From the IMG/VR virus record IMGVR_UViG_3300027631_000002, positions 96,001-160,000 of that record: a stretch of 64,000 nucleotides of DNA; one strand, given 5' to 3'. The notes beneath the pieces are model-generated. The model did no database searches, was not told the DNA's origin, and saw only the letters and a list, made by a program, of their open reading frames with translations. Of this stretch, positions 9,897 to 19,068 are shown in pieces. Each line of letters begins with the position of its first letter. The stretch's first letter is position 1. A program made the translations under genes and the position numbers. The DNA comes from a virus.

Positions 9897-11129
9897 ATGT
9901 ATATTGAAAATGTAATAATCACTAAAGAAAGCTCTGAAAGCGTAGCAAAACGTATAGATGATAAGTTATTTTCTCTTCAATTTTTACCAGAATGTTTATA
10001 TGGAATATCAACTATAAAAACATTAGAATTTAATAACATTAAACTTAAAACAAACTATCTAATTGATATAGTACATAATTTAATATTAAAGTATTATTTC
10101 AAAAAAGAAAACAGATTCGCTCTAAATGCGACTATTCTAAAGGATAAGTATGGTTATCTTTATAACTATTATATCAACTACTTAGTTTCAAATGGTATTT
10201 TGATACTTAAAACAAACTATCAAAATGGAGTTACATCAAGAATATATGCCTTAGATGAAAATATATTTACTCATAAAATAAAAAGATATAAAAATTTAGA
10301 TAAAGTACTTCTAAAAAAGTATAAAAATAAATTTGTTGATATGATTCATATCAATGATATTTCTAAAGTGAGTTTAATTGAACCACTTATAAAGGAAAAA
10401 TTAGTTTCTGATCTATTCAGTGTTAAAATTGAATATGATAGAGCTATTTTCTTTCTAGATTCCTTAAAACATCAAGATATAGACATATATAACAGAAACA
10501 TATACTCTGTTGATTGTATCAATGATAAACATATCTTTTATCACTTTGATGATTATGGGAGAATGCATACAAACTACACTATTCTTAAATCATTTATTAG
10601 AAAAAACTGTCTATTGATAGATGGTGAAGAAACTTGTGAGATCGACATACCTAACAGCCAGCCATTATTTCTAACTAAAATAATTGACATGCACTCTAAT
10701 CTAGTAGATCAAAAGGAACTTCTCTTATTTAAAGAACTTACCATATCAGGAACATATTATCAATATGTTATGAATCAATTAGGTGAGAGTAATAAGAAAA
10801 AGGTTAAAGAGATGACTTATAAAGTTCTTTTTGGAAGAAATATTGCTACAAGTAAAGTAGATAAAAACTTTAAAAAACTGTTTCCAACAATTCATCAGTT
10901 TATTAAAAATTATAAAAAAGAAAATGGTGATTATAGAGTTCTGGCATATGACTTACAAAAAGCAGAATCGGATTTAGTCTTTAATACCGTTATCAAGAAA
11001 GTAATGCAATTTTATCCAGAGATAAAACTAATAACAATTCATGATAGTATTGTTATACCTAGAAAATATAAGGAAGAAGTGAATCAAATTTTTGAAATAG
11101 AGCTCAAAAAAGAGTTTAACATAAACTAA
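9897..11129 (+). CDS. Family-A polymerase-fold protein with no exonuclease domain
   Basis: Motif A EIDIPNSQP, motif B KVKEMTYKVLFG, motif C TIHDSI, upstream YGRMHT. Confidence 0.6.
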   Translation: MYIENVIITKESSESVAKRIDDKLFSLQFLPECLYGISTIKTLEFNNIKLKTNYLIDIVHNLILKYYFKKENRFALNATILKDKYGYLYNYYINYLVSNGILILKTNYQNGVTSRIYALDENIFTHKIKRYKNLDKVLLKKYKNKFVDMIHINDISKVSLIEPLIKEKLVSDLFSVKIEYDRAIFFLDSLKHQDIDIYNRNIYSVDCINDKHIFYHFDDYGRMHTNYTILKSFIRKNCLLIDGEETCEIDIPNSQPLFLTKIIDMHSNLVDQKELLLFKELTISGTYYQYVMNQLGESNKKKVKEMTYKVLFGRNIATSKVDKNFKKLFPTIHQFIKNYKKENGDYRVLAYDLQKAESDLVFNTVIKKVMQFYPEIKLITIHDSIVIPRKYKEEVNQIFEIELKKEFNIN

Positions 11130-11145
11130 AAATAATATATAAGAA

Positions 11146-11304
11146 ATGAAAACATTTTATTTAAGAATAAAGAATACGAAAGAAGTTTTAATAAAAACAT
11201 CTTGTTATAGTATCGAAGAAGCAGTTGATTACTTTTCAAAGGTTAAACAATTACCAAAAAAAGATTTAGTAAGTATATTCTTGATTACTGAATCGAAAAA
11301 ATAA
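11146..11304 (+). CDS. Small hypothetical protein (52 aa, not in ORF track)
   Basis: MKTFYLRIKNTKEVLIKTSCYSIEEAVDYFSKVKQLPKKDLVSIFLITESKK, preceded by TAATATATA. Confidence 0.55.
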   Translation: MKTFYLRIKNTKEVLIKTSCYSIEEAVDYFSKVKQLPKKDLVSIFLITESKK

Positions 11305-11314
11305 TATATACTTT

Positions 11315-11854
11315 GTGAATTTAGAAAACCCAAATATATCTTATCTTATATTATCATCTGATGGTTTAGATGATATGACATCTGTTCTTTATGCTAAAGA
11401 TTATCAGATACTTCCCTTACAAACTTATTATAGAGAATCTTTTGATAATTCTGCTATGGGTTATAGTGATGTTGATAATGATACACTAAGAAAAGATGTT
11501 ATTTTTTTATTAAATCACTTTCATCAAGAATCTGCGATTATTAAATATAAAGGAGAAAAAAAACCAAGAAGAATCTATAGAACTGGTGCTGAAAAGTTAT
11601 TAGAAATCAATATGTTTAATACTGATTCTGAAAATGTTTCATACTTATATAGAGGATTATCGTTTTCTTTTGTGGAATCAAAGAGATATTGGGTTCCTAA
11701 ATCTAAGGAAGATTTCAAAGTAGGTATGATAGTTGAGTATTTCAATAATAATCAATGGTCTGAAAAAGTAGTTGAAAATCCTAATGATGAATGGGAAAGA
11801 ATGTATAAACTTCTTTTAAAATATGATAAAGTTAGAGTACAATCTATAAATTAA
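11315..11854 (+). CDS. Hypothetical protein (GTG start)
   Basis: ORF track; TAATATATA just upstream. Confidence 0.6.
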   Translation: MNLENPNISYLILSSDGLDDMTSVLYAKDYQILPLQTYYRESFDNSAMGYSDVDNDTLRKDVIFLLNHFHQESAIIKYKGEKKPRRIYRTGAEKLLEINMFNTDSENVSYLYRGLSFSFVESKRYWVPKSKEDFKVGMIVEYFNNNQWSEKVVENPNDEWERMYKLLLKYDKVRVQSIN

Positions 11855-11882
11855 AAAACCTCTCAAAATTTGAGAGGTTTTT
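11853..11882. terminator. Bidirectional intrinsic terminator
   Basis: aaaaaacctctcaaa-a-tttgagaggttttt. Confidence 0.8.
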
Positions 11883-11883
11883 C

Positions 11884-12660
11884 TTATTTTATATGAAACC
11901 ACATAATTCTATTTTTTAGACTCGGTGTTTCTTTCATAAAGTATTTATCTTCATTAAGTGACTTTATTACAAATAGTCCATCTTCTTGACCACCATTTAT
12001 ATCGGCTCTTAAAACAATAAATTTATCTTTTGAAATTATATTTGATTCAATTAAAGTATAATTTGTTGAAATTATAAGTTGTTTATCTCCATAAAAATAT
12101 TTTGATATAGTTTCTGGATGTGCTAATAAAGTAGTTCCTGGACCACGTCTATTATTTACTGCAATATAATTACCACACATAAGTAATTTAGACATAATTT
12201 TTCTTTGACTATATTCAAAGTTTTCTCTAGAAGTTTTATCAGGATCATTAGTTAGAGTTAAATCAAATGATGACATTCCACTTTTTAAAACAGGTTGTCC
12301 TTGTGTAAATTTTTCCATATAGTTTAATAAATCTGTATGTAAATCTTCATAAGATGTAAAGGATGTTTCTTGTACAGTCATTGAAAATATTTTTGGACCA
12401 ATAGTCTGTGTAAAGTTACCGTCTAATATTGGAAGATCTACTCTACTGTTCCAAGTAGATTCTTCTTTTTCACCAGTTACAATATCAATGGCTAGTTCAC
12501 GATTTTTTGATTTTATCTTTAATTGTTCTTGAAGTGTATCTTCTTCTATAAAATCCATGTAAGATATAGTAGCAACAGAGCCACTATGTTGTTTTTCATA
12601 AAAATTACATAAGTATTTTATCTCCTTTTTTATTTCTTCTTCAGTTTTAGAAAGTATCAT
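11884..12660 (-). CDS. Degenerate, truncated paralogue of this phage's major capsid protein
   Basis: TIGPKIFSMTV vs MCP VIGPKISSKTV; QRKIMSKLLMCGNYIAVNNRRGP vs MCP QRKLITKIAHASNYIATEGRVGP. Confidence 0.65.
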   Translation of the reverse strand: MILSKTEEEIKKEIKYLCNFYEKQHSGSVATISYMDFIEEDTLQEQLKIKSKNRELAIDIVTGEKEESTWNSRVDLPILDGNFTQTIGPKIFSMTVQETSFTSYEDLHTDLLNYMEKFTQGQPVLKSGMSSFDLTLTNDPDKTSRENFEYSQRKIMSKLLMCGNYIAVNNRRGPGTTLLAHPETISKYFYGDKQLIISTNYTLIESNIISKDKFIVLRADINGGQEDGLFVIKSLNEDKYFMKETPSLKNRIMWFHIK

Positions 12661-13375
12661 AGAAATTACTCATACCTATTTTTTGTGAACTCATGTTTAT
12701 AGATCTAACTAAATCTTCTTTAGATATTCCAACCATTTGTTGAAGAATCTTTTCATTTATTGGGTTACTATCAATTTTATTATGAAAGAAATGATAAACA
12801 CTTATTGGTAATACATTACTTGTTAAAAAGTTTTTAACTTTATGTGATAGAAACTCATCCGCACCACCTAGTCCAATAAATGATTCATTCCAACCACCTA
12901 TTTTTTGTATAGCAGCTTTTCTAAATATAGAAATTCCACTACATAAAGAAGTTTCTTTACCAGGTCTATTGATTTTTAGTATGTCTTCATATTGTAAATT
13001 CGCTTCATTAGGAAAAAGATCAACAATAGAATTATGTGGACTAACCATTTCATACTTATCAAGTGATTGAATAGACTCAATAAGCTTATTAGGATCTAAT
13101 ATAGTGTCTGCATCACCAAATATTACGATATTTGTATTTGATGATTTTAAACCAACATTATATCCCCAAGATTTATTATAAGGTTTGTCAGTTTTGATAA
13201 AGATGTGTTTACATTTTAATGATAAGTGTGATATTTTAGAGTGTTTATCTTGTTCAACAAGAATAACTTCTACATTTGCAAACCCATTTATCCAATCAAG
13301 AACTCGTCTAAGATTGTTTAGCCTATCTGGGCTGTGTCTATATCCAATTATATAGGTAAAAGAATGTGTATTCAT
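12647..13375 (-). CDS. Glycosyltransferase (GT-A fold, GT2/GT7-like)
   Basis: FNKS-like YNKSWGYNVG, DAD motif (FGDADT), GGWNESFIGLGGAD. Confidence 0.8.
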   Translation of the reverse strand: MNTHSFTYIIGYRHSPDRLNNLRRVLDWINGFANVEVILVEQDKHSKISHLSLKCKHIFIKTDKPYNKSWGYNVGLKSSNTNIVIFGDADTILDPNKLIESIQSLDKYEMVSPHNSIVDLFPNEANLQYEDILKINRPGKETSLCSGISIFRKAAIQKIGGWNESFIGLGGADEFLSHKVKNFLTSNVLPISVYHFFHNKIDSNPINEKILQQMVGISKEDLVRSINMSSQKIGMSNFYDTF

Positions 13376-13416
13376 TACTAATTTATTATTTTTCTAATTA
13401 TATTGTATTTTACCAA

Positions 13417-13569
13417 TTAGTTTAGTGGATTTTGATAACCCTTTTGTTGAGTTATAAGTAACATCTGACTAGTTGATAAATCGTTGTGATTCCATCCCAT
13501 TTTTTTACAATATTCTACTAAAAATTTCTCTTTCAAAAAAGAAATTTCTTGTTTCGTTTTAGTTTTCAT
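13417..13569 (-). CDS. Small hypothetical protein (50 aa, not in ORF track)
   Basis: MKTKTKQEISFLKEKFLVEYCKKMGWNHNDLSTSQMLLITQQKGYQNPLN. Confidence 0.5.
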   Translation of the reverse strand: MKTKTKQEISFLKEKFLVEYCKKMGWNHNDLSTSQMLLITQQKGYQNPLN

Positions 13570-13601
13570 AACTTTGATTTTTATTTTATATATAATTTTA
13601 C

Positions 13602-13609
13602 TATCTTTG
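13602..13609 (+). promoter_or_regulatory. Bacteroidota sigmaA-type -7 element (TAnnTTTG)
   Basis: TATCTTTG ends 4 nt before the ATG at 13614. Other copies at 42908(+), 17290(-), 36291(-) and 46391(-). Confidence 0.55.
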
Positions 13610-13613
13610 TCGT

Positions 13614-14192
13614 ATGGTATTTAAAGTAAGAGGTATATTAGATTTCAGTCCACAGGACAAAACTAAGAAGCATGCTAGTCAAGCTTCTTGGAAGAGAGTT
13701 GCTATGATCCGAACTGAATGTGAATTAGATAGATACTATGCTTGGTTTTTAAAGAAGAGATTTAGTCTTGAATTAAATAGTACCTTGAGAGGAACTCACG
13801 TTACTTTCATCAATGATAAAATGGACGCTAAAACATTTGAACAATTTGCACAAATCTTCAATGGTAAAGAAATTGATTTCTATGTTGAAACTGAGCCAAG
13901 AAGTAATGGTGAGCACTGGTGGTTAAGAGTTCACTGCCCAGAAGCAGAAAGTATTAGAGAAGTTATGGGTTTATCAAGAGAACCATTCTATGGAATGCAC
14001 CTAACATTAGGATATGCTCTAGTTAAATATCCAGAGGCTACTGCACTAAATGATAGTCCACTTGCAATTAAAGTAAGAAAAGATTATATAGAACATTCTA
14101 AATATATTTTAGAGTGTTGTAAAAGACACGAATTGATTTCTAATGAACCTAGAAAATCTTTAAGTGAACATGAAATAATAGAGTTTAAATAA
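13614..14192 (+). CDS. 2H phosphoesterase
   Basis: Two HxT motifs (THVTF, MHLTL) about 70 aa apart, with WWLRV between them. Confidence 0.7.
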   Translation: MVFKVRGILDFSPQDKTKKHASQASWKRVAMIRTECELDRYYAWFLKKRFSLELNSTLRGTHVTFINDKMDAKTFEQFAQIFNGKEIDFYVETEPRSNGEHWWLRVHCPEAESIREVMGLSREPFYGMHLTLGYALVKYPEATALNDSPLAIKVRKDYIEHSKYILECCKRHELISNEPRKSLSEHEIIEFK

Positions 14193-14218
14193 AAAAGAGG
14201 ACAAATGTCCTCTTTTTT
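14191..14218. terminator. Bidirectional intrinsic terminator
   Basis: aaaaaagaggaca-aa-tgtcctctttttt. Confidence 0.8.
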
Positions 14219-15200
14219 ATGTTCTTGATTGATACCACATTGATTTTGGTTCTTCTTTAGGTTCATCTAATTGTTTTGGTTCCTCCTCTTTAATTTCCTC
14301 TTTCTTAGGTACTTCTCTTGGTATATCTGCAATATTATAACGAAACCATTTACTATTTGGATTTCTATAATCTGGTGAACCTCTAAGTGTTTCAACATCA
14401 TCATACAAGTGATTTACTTTTATACCATATTTTAATGCGTGTATACATCTTTGAAAGTTCCTAGAATCACCTAATAGTGAAAATATCTTCCAAATTTCTC
14501 CTTCAATTTGATCATCTATTAGACTTGGTAGTAATTTTTTAAACCTAAATGCACTATTTCTATCCGAGAATATGCCATAATGATACATATTTAGTGCTTC
14601 TCTACCACCCGTCCACATAGGTCTTGGATCTGATTGAGGAAGTGTTAAACTAATTTGCAAATCTGCATTATCATCATAAAGTTCTTGTAGTGTGTATTGT
14701 TTTGGTGGATCTTCTTGGTCCCATTCATCTGGATTATTCCAATTTTCTAACCCATCATCCCAGTTAGACATATTTATTTTAAATGAAAATAAAGGAACAT
14801 CCCATCCTGGTAAAGATCTACCTAATTTTAATTTTGTTTCTTCTAATGGTTCAAAATAAAATTGTATCGTAAAGTATAATTCTCTTTCTGCATCACTCCA
14901 AAGATCAAGCATTTCTTCTTCTGATATATCTTCATATCTTGTATTGATATCACCTATACTTGATCCAGATTTTCTTGTATTTAGAATAAACTTTGCCTTA
15001 GGTTTCGTAAATTTAACCTTTCTATCTATATCACTATAGTTTTTAACGAGTTCTATATTATAAACACCCCATTCTTTTTCGGAACCATAATCTTTTAAAT
15101 TTCTACCTTTTTCTACTTTATGAGGCATATTCATAAATCTTTGACCGGCATCTCTATAGACTTTTGGTGTTAGTTCTTCGTAAGTTTTAATCCATTTCAT
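14217..15200 (-). CDS. Hypothetical protein with capsid-targeting-like leader
   Basis: Likely start MKWIKTYEEL at 15200; TATATATTA late promoter at 15205-15213. Confidence 0.65.
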   Translation of the reverse strand: MKWIKTYEELTPKVYRDAGQRFMNMPHKVEKGRNLKDYGSEKEWGVYNIELVKNYSDIDRKVKFTKPKAKFILNTRKSGSSIGDINTRYEDISEEEMLDLWSDAERELYFTIQFYFEPLEETKLKLGRSLPGWDVPLFSFKINMSNWDDGLENWNNPDEWDQEDPPKQYTLQELYDDNADLQISLTLPQSDPRPMWTGGREALNMYHYGIFSDRNSAFRFKKLLPSLIDDQIEGEIWKIFSLLGDSRNFQRCIHALKYGIKVNHLYDDVETLRGSPDYRNPNSKWFRYNIADIPREVPKKEEIKEEEPKQLDEPKEEPKSMWYQSRT

Positions 15201-15251
15201 AAAGTATATATTATTTTTTAAACTCACATTTATATTCATCATATAATAAAT

Positions 15252-15401
15252 ATGAGAGAACTATCATTAGAAGAAAGAGTACAACTATTTTGTAATAAGT
15301 ATAAAAAACATATTTCTTACGGTTTCGACTTGACACACGAAGATTTAGATAAACATGATATTACTAGAAATATTGAAACTAATTTAAAAAAGGATATATA
15401 A
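15252..15401 (+). CDS. Small hypothetical protein (49 aa, not in ORF track)
   Basis: MRELSLEERVQLFCNKYKKHISYGFDLTHEDLDKHDITRNIETNLKKDI. Confidence 0.45.
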   Translation: MRELSLEERVQLFCNKYKKHISYGFDLTHEDLDKHDITRNIETNLKKDI

Positions 15402-15423
15402 CTAGAAAATAGTAAATTATTAA

Positions 15424-15921
15424 ATGAGTGATATTACAACAATTGGTTATTTAGAAGATCTAGTCGAACAAGTTAAATCTTTGGATACTACTGAATTATC
15501 TGATAAATTAAGTAAAGAAGAAAAAAAAATAAAACAAGTAGTTGAAGAACAAAAAGTTTATTTTTGGATAAGACTTTATTTAAAGGAAGAAGATTCTAAC
15601 TTAGTGATAGGAGATGATATTTCTATCAAATGGACTCCAACTGGTGAAGAATTAAAAACAAAGTTTATCTGTTATGGTAAAACTGGACTACAAAAAGATT
15701 ATGATGAGGAAATAGTAAACTATAATTCAGAAGATGATAAGAAAGTTCTTTGTTTAATGGTTGATGAAGGTCAAGTCAATTATAATGAAGATATTCCTTT
15801 TGTTAGAACTTTATTTAAAGTTGGTCGTCATTTTGAATATCAATTAGTTAAAAGATCAGAATTACTTTTTGTCAATGTTAGAAATGGTATGATTTTAGAC
15901 TACTTCGACTGCGATTTTTGA
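15424..15921 (+). CDS. Hypothetical protein
   Basis: ORF track. Confidence 0.6.
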   Translation: MSDITTIGYLEDLVEQVKSLDTTELSDKLSKEEKKIKQVVEEQKVYFWIRLYLKEEDSNLVIGDDISIKWTPTGEELKTKFICYGKTGLQKDYDEEIVNYNSEDDKKVLCLMVDEGQVNYNEDIPFVRTLFKVGRHFEYQLVKRSELLFVNVRNGMILDYFDCDF

Positions 15922-15924
15922 TTT

Positions 15925-16434
15925 ATGGAAACAGATTCAATAGAATATTTATTATTATCTTACTTTAATGAACTAATTTGGGTGGATCAAAATCCAGTTG
16001 AATTTACTATTAGTGAGACTTTTAAAGAAAATGGAAATATAAGAACTTCAAATAAAGTAGAAGTTTATCAATTACAAGATTTGTTAGTAACTTCTTTGGA
16101 AGATACTAACACTTTTTTGTTTGAACTAATGTCTGATTGCCAGTCAAAACAACTAAATTTTTATCCAAAGAATATAGTATCTAGATTATTCAATTTAAAG
16201 TCAAATAAACGACTTAAAAAAGAATTAGATGGTCTTACATCAAATAACTGGATAATTACTTCTAATCATATATATGATGTTTATATGAAAGATTGTGGAT
16301 ATAATGTTTACTTATCTAATGAGTTTGAAAATCAAATTGTAATTGGTGACAAATCATCTAAATTGATATTAAACAAAAATCTAAAAGAATTCTATTTGGA
16401 TAAGTCTAATATTAGAGTAATAAAGTTAAAATAA
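15925..16434 (+). CDS. Hypothetical protein
   Basis: ORF track. Confidence 0.6.
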   Translation: METDSIEYLLLSYFNELIWVDQNPVEFTISETFKENGNIRTSNKVEVYQLQDLLVTSLEDTNTFLFELMSDCQSKQLNFYPKNIVSRLFNLKSNKRLKKELDGLTSNNWIITSNHIYDVYMKDCGYNVYLSNEFENQIVIGDKSSKLILNKNLKEFYLDKSNIRVIKLK

Positions 16435-16462
16435 AAAAAGTCGAGATAAATCTCGACTTTTT

Positions 16463-16957
16463 TTATTCTATTCCTAATTGTTTTAGTTTAAGATCTCTTT
16501 TAACAGAATCATCAACTATTAGTTGAACCTCACTTTTATTTACCCATTTATCTTGCATAAACTGAATTATACCTGATTTTTTTGCCGCATCTCTTCCAAT
16601 TTGATCCATTGATGTAAAGTCAACTGCTTTAACTTTTACTCTAGATTCGGTTACATCTAAAACTTCTAATTCATAAGTTACTTTGAAAGATTCTGGTTTC
16701 ATTTTGTTACCATCTTTGTCAGTATCAGTCCAACTAAGTCCGTAATCTGGATAAATAACTTTGTGTCCCGGCTCGATTGCAATTAAATCTTTCTTAAAAG
16801 CATCTGCCTTATCCTTTTCTTTTGAGACTTTATCTCTTTCTTTTGAGACTTTATCTTTCTCTTCTCTTATGTCTTCGCACTTAGAATAAAGAATGAAATT
16901 ACCTATCAAAGAACCTAAAAGACATAGAGATAGTACTAATACTACAATTTGTATCAT
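16463..16957 (-). CDS. Membrane-anchored hypothetical protein with coiled coil and C-terminal RDLKLKQL motif
   Basis: N-terminal TM helix; short KVSKE(R/K)D tandem repeat. Confidence 0.6.
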   Translation of the reverse strand: MIQIVVLVLSLCLLGSLIGNFILYSKCEDIREEKDKVSKERDKVSKEKDKADAFKKDLIAIEPGHKVIYPDYGLSWTDTDKDGNKMKPESFKVTYELEVLDVTESRVKVKAVDFTSMDQIGRDAAKKSGIIQFMQDKWVNKSEVQLIVDDSVKRDLKLKQLGIE

Positions 16958-16968
16958 ATTTTTATTTT

Positions 16969-17235
16969 TTAAAGTTCGTAATACATTTCACCATAAATTG
17001 GAGATCTTCTAATTATCTCTTTGATCAATTCAAATCCAATATCTTGAAGTAAATATAGGAATACTTGATCGTTCTCATTCTTAGTTACTATCTCACCTGA
17101 AACTAATTTTTTAATGTCCTGTTTAGTAAAATAAACATCAGTTTTATTATAATCAATACCGTGTTTGGCTATTCCGCTTTTACATAAGTTTGTGAAGGTA
17201 ACCTCATTAAAGACGGTTCTTATTTCTTTTTGCAT
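16969..17235 (-). CDS. Hypothetical protein, probably early
   Basis: ORF track; TAnnTTTG at 17290-17297(-). Confidence 0.55.
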   Translation of the reverse strand: MQKEIRTVFNEVTFTNLCKSGIAKHGIDYNKTDVYFTKQDIKKLVSGEIVTKNENDQVFLYLLQDIGFELIKEIIRRSPIYGEMYYEL

Positions 17236-17364
17236 ATTAAAATCTTTTTTAACTATATAGTTTTTTTATTAGTTTGTTTATTGATTATACAAATATATAA
17301 AAAAATATCTTTTTAACATATTATTTTTAATATATAAATCACAATAAATTATAATTATACTAAC

Positions 17365-19068
17365 ATGAAATGGATTAAAAATAGAAATCTTTTTTTAGAA
17401 GCTAAATTACGTGATGTTATCCTACCAAGACAAGCAAAGGCTGTAATATCAAAATGGGGAGAAAAATACTTAGATTATGAAGAGGTAACACCTACTGATA
17501 AGATCATACAAGGAAGTTGGAAGTTATCTGAAGAAGATAAGAATGAAGTATTAGGTGTTTTCTGTCAAACAGATATGCCACAACTTTTTACTTTGTTTTC
17601 AAGTTTACCAGAACAATTTGGTAATGTTTTAAATCAATCGATCAATACGGATCTATTTAGAGAAGATAAAGCAACATATGAAAGAATTTTCGAAGGATTT
17701 GATATTAGAAAACCTAAATTAGATCAAATACTTGCTATATTCAGTTCAGTTTTTAGAAAACTATCAATTGCTGATACAATGGCAACTTCTGTCATCTCTA
17801 AAGATGAATCAAACAGACCTATTAGAGATGAACAAGGTAATATGATTAGAGTTGAAAAGAAAGCAGGTGATTTAGTTTTTAGTAATAACTTAATCAATAT
17901 AAACTCTTTTATCGGTGACTACAATGATTTAGTTGATAAATGTATTGAAGCAAATGTTGATGGATGGTCTGAATCAGATAAAATGGCGTCTTCAAACTTA
18001 TTTTCTGAAAATAGAAACTTAGGTAGTTTTATAAACTTTGCTGCAACAAATGAGAATACACAATATAAATTAGATTTTGAAATTTTTAATAAAGACATTT
18101 TCTTAAAAATCAGTCATAATCCAAAAGACATTTTGAATATGTCTATTTCTAAGTTCTATTCTTCTTGTCAACACTTATATAGTGGTGGATATAGTCGTCA
18201 AGTTTTGGCAAATGTATTTGATCCAAATAGTATACCAGCTTTTTTAATTTTTGAAACTCCTATTTTCTGGGAAGGTGAAAAAATATCAGAACATTTACCA
18301 TTATCTAGAATGATTATTAGAAATTTAGAGTCATTTGAAGAAAATGCTCCTACAAGATTATATTTTGATAGAGCTTATCCAGATAGAATGCAGAATAAAT
18401 TTGAGGAAATTGTTACTAAATATACAGGAAATGTAAATGATGGTCAAAGAGGAGAAAGATACTTATATACACCAGATTTAGATTTTGAAGATTCGCTAGA
18501 TGCACCATATCAAGATAAGTTATCACTTACACAAGGTAAGATGATTGGTAAAAACATTAAAACATTATATTTAAGTCAAATTGGAAATTGGAAAAATATT
18601 AGAGTTGATCCTAATGCAAGAATTAAAGAATTGATTATCGAAACTACTGAAATACCAGATAGTTTATTGAATATAAATATTACTTTAGATTGGATTAAGT
18701 TTAAGTTTATTGAAATACATACTTTGAAAGACTTTGATAATATCAAAACAACAAATATAGCTTTTGATAAATGTAAATTTTCTAATGATGTTTTACAAGA
18801 TATTAATAAATCAAATCCAAATATTACAAAATTACAAATAATTAGTTGTGATAATGTTGGTTCTTTTGACTTCTCTACTTTCAAAGCATTAGAAGAGTTA
18901 CAAGTAATATATACTTTAGATTCTGCAGAAGATTTGAAATCGATTGTATCAGAAAGTTTGAAGAAATTGATAATTTCTGGAGACTTGGTAACCAAAGAAA
19001 GTAAATCAATAATATCATCTCTTAGAAGTAAAGGATTAAAAATAGAAATAGTTGGACCAGTAATATGA
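17365..19068 (+). CDS. Protein with SC(Q/M)..R..I/W..DR.Y domain, C-terminal leucine-rich repeats and capsid-targeting-like leader
   Basis: SSCQHLY, PLSRMIIR, YFDRAYP; LRR-like IKTLYL/IKELII/ITKLQI/LEELQV/LKKLII; late promoter at 17328. Confidence 0.6.
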   Translation: MKWIKNRNLFLEAKLRDVILPRQAKAVISKWGEKYLDYEEVTPTDKIIQGSWKLSEEDKNEVLGVFCQTDMPQLFTLFSSLPEQFGNVLNQSINTDLFREDKATYERIFEGFDIRKPKLDQILAIFSSVFRKLSIADTMATSVISKDESNRPIRDEQGNMIRVEKKAGDLVFSNNLININSFIGDYNDLVDKCIEANVDGWSESDKMASSNLFSENRNLGSFINFAATNENTQYKLDFEIFNKDIFLKISHNPKDILNMSISKFYSSCQHLYSGGYSRQVLANVFDPNSIPAFLIFETPIFWEGEKISEHLPLSRMIIRNLESFEENAPTRLYFDRAYPDRMQNKFEEIVTKYTGNVNDGQRGERYLYTPDLDFEDSLDAPYQDKLSLTQGKMIGKNIKTLYLSQIGNWKNIRVDPNARIKELIIETTEIPDSLLNINITLDWIKFKFIEIHTLKDFDNIKTTNIAFDKCKFSNDVLQDINKSNPNITKLQIISCDNVGSFDFSTFKALEELQVIYTLDSAEDLKSIVSESLKKLIISGDLVTKESKSIISSLRSKGLKIEIVGPVI

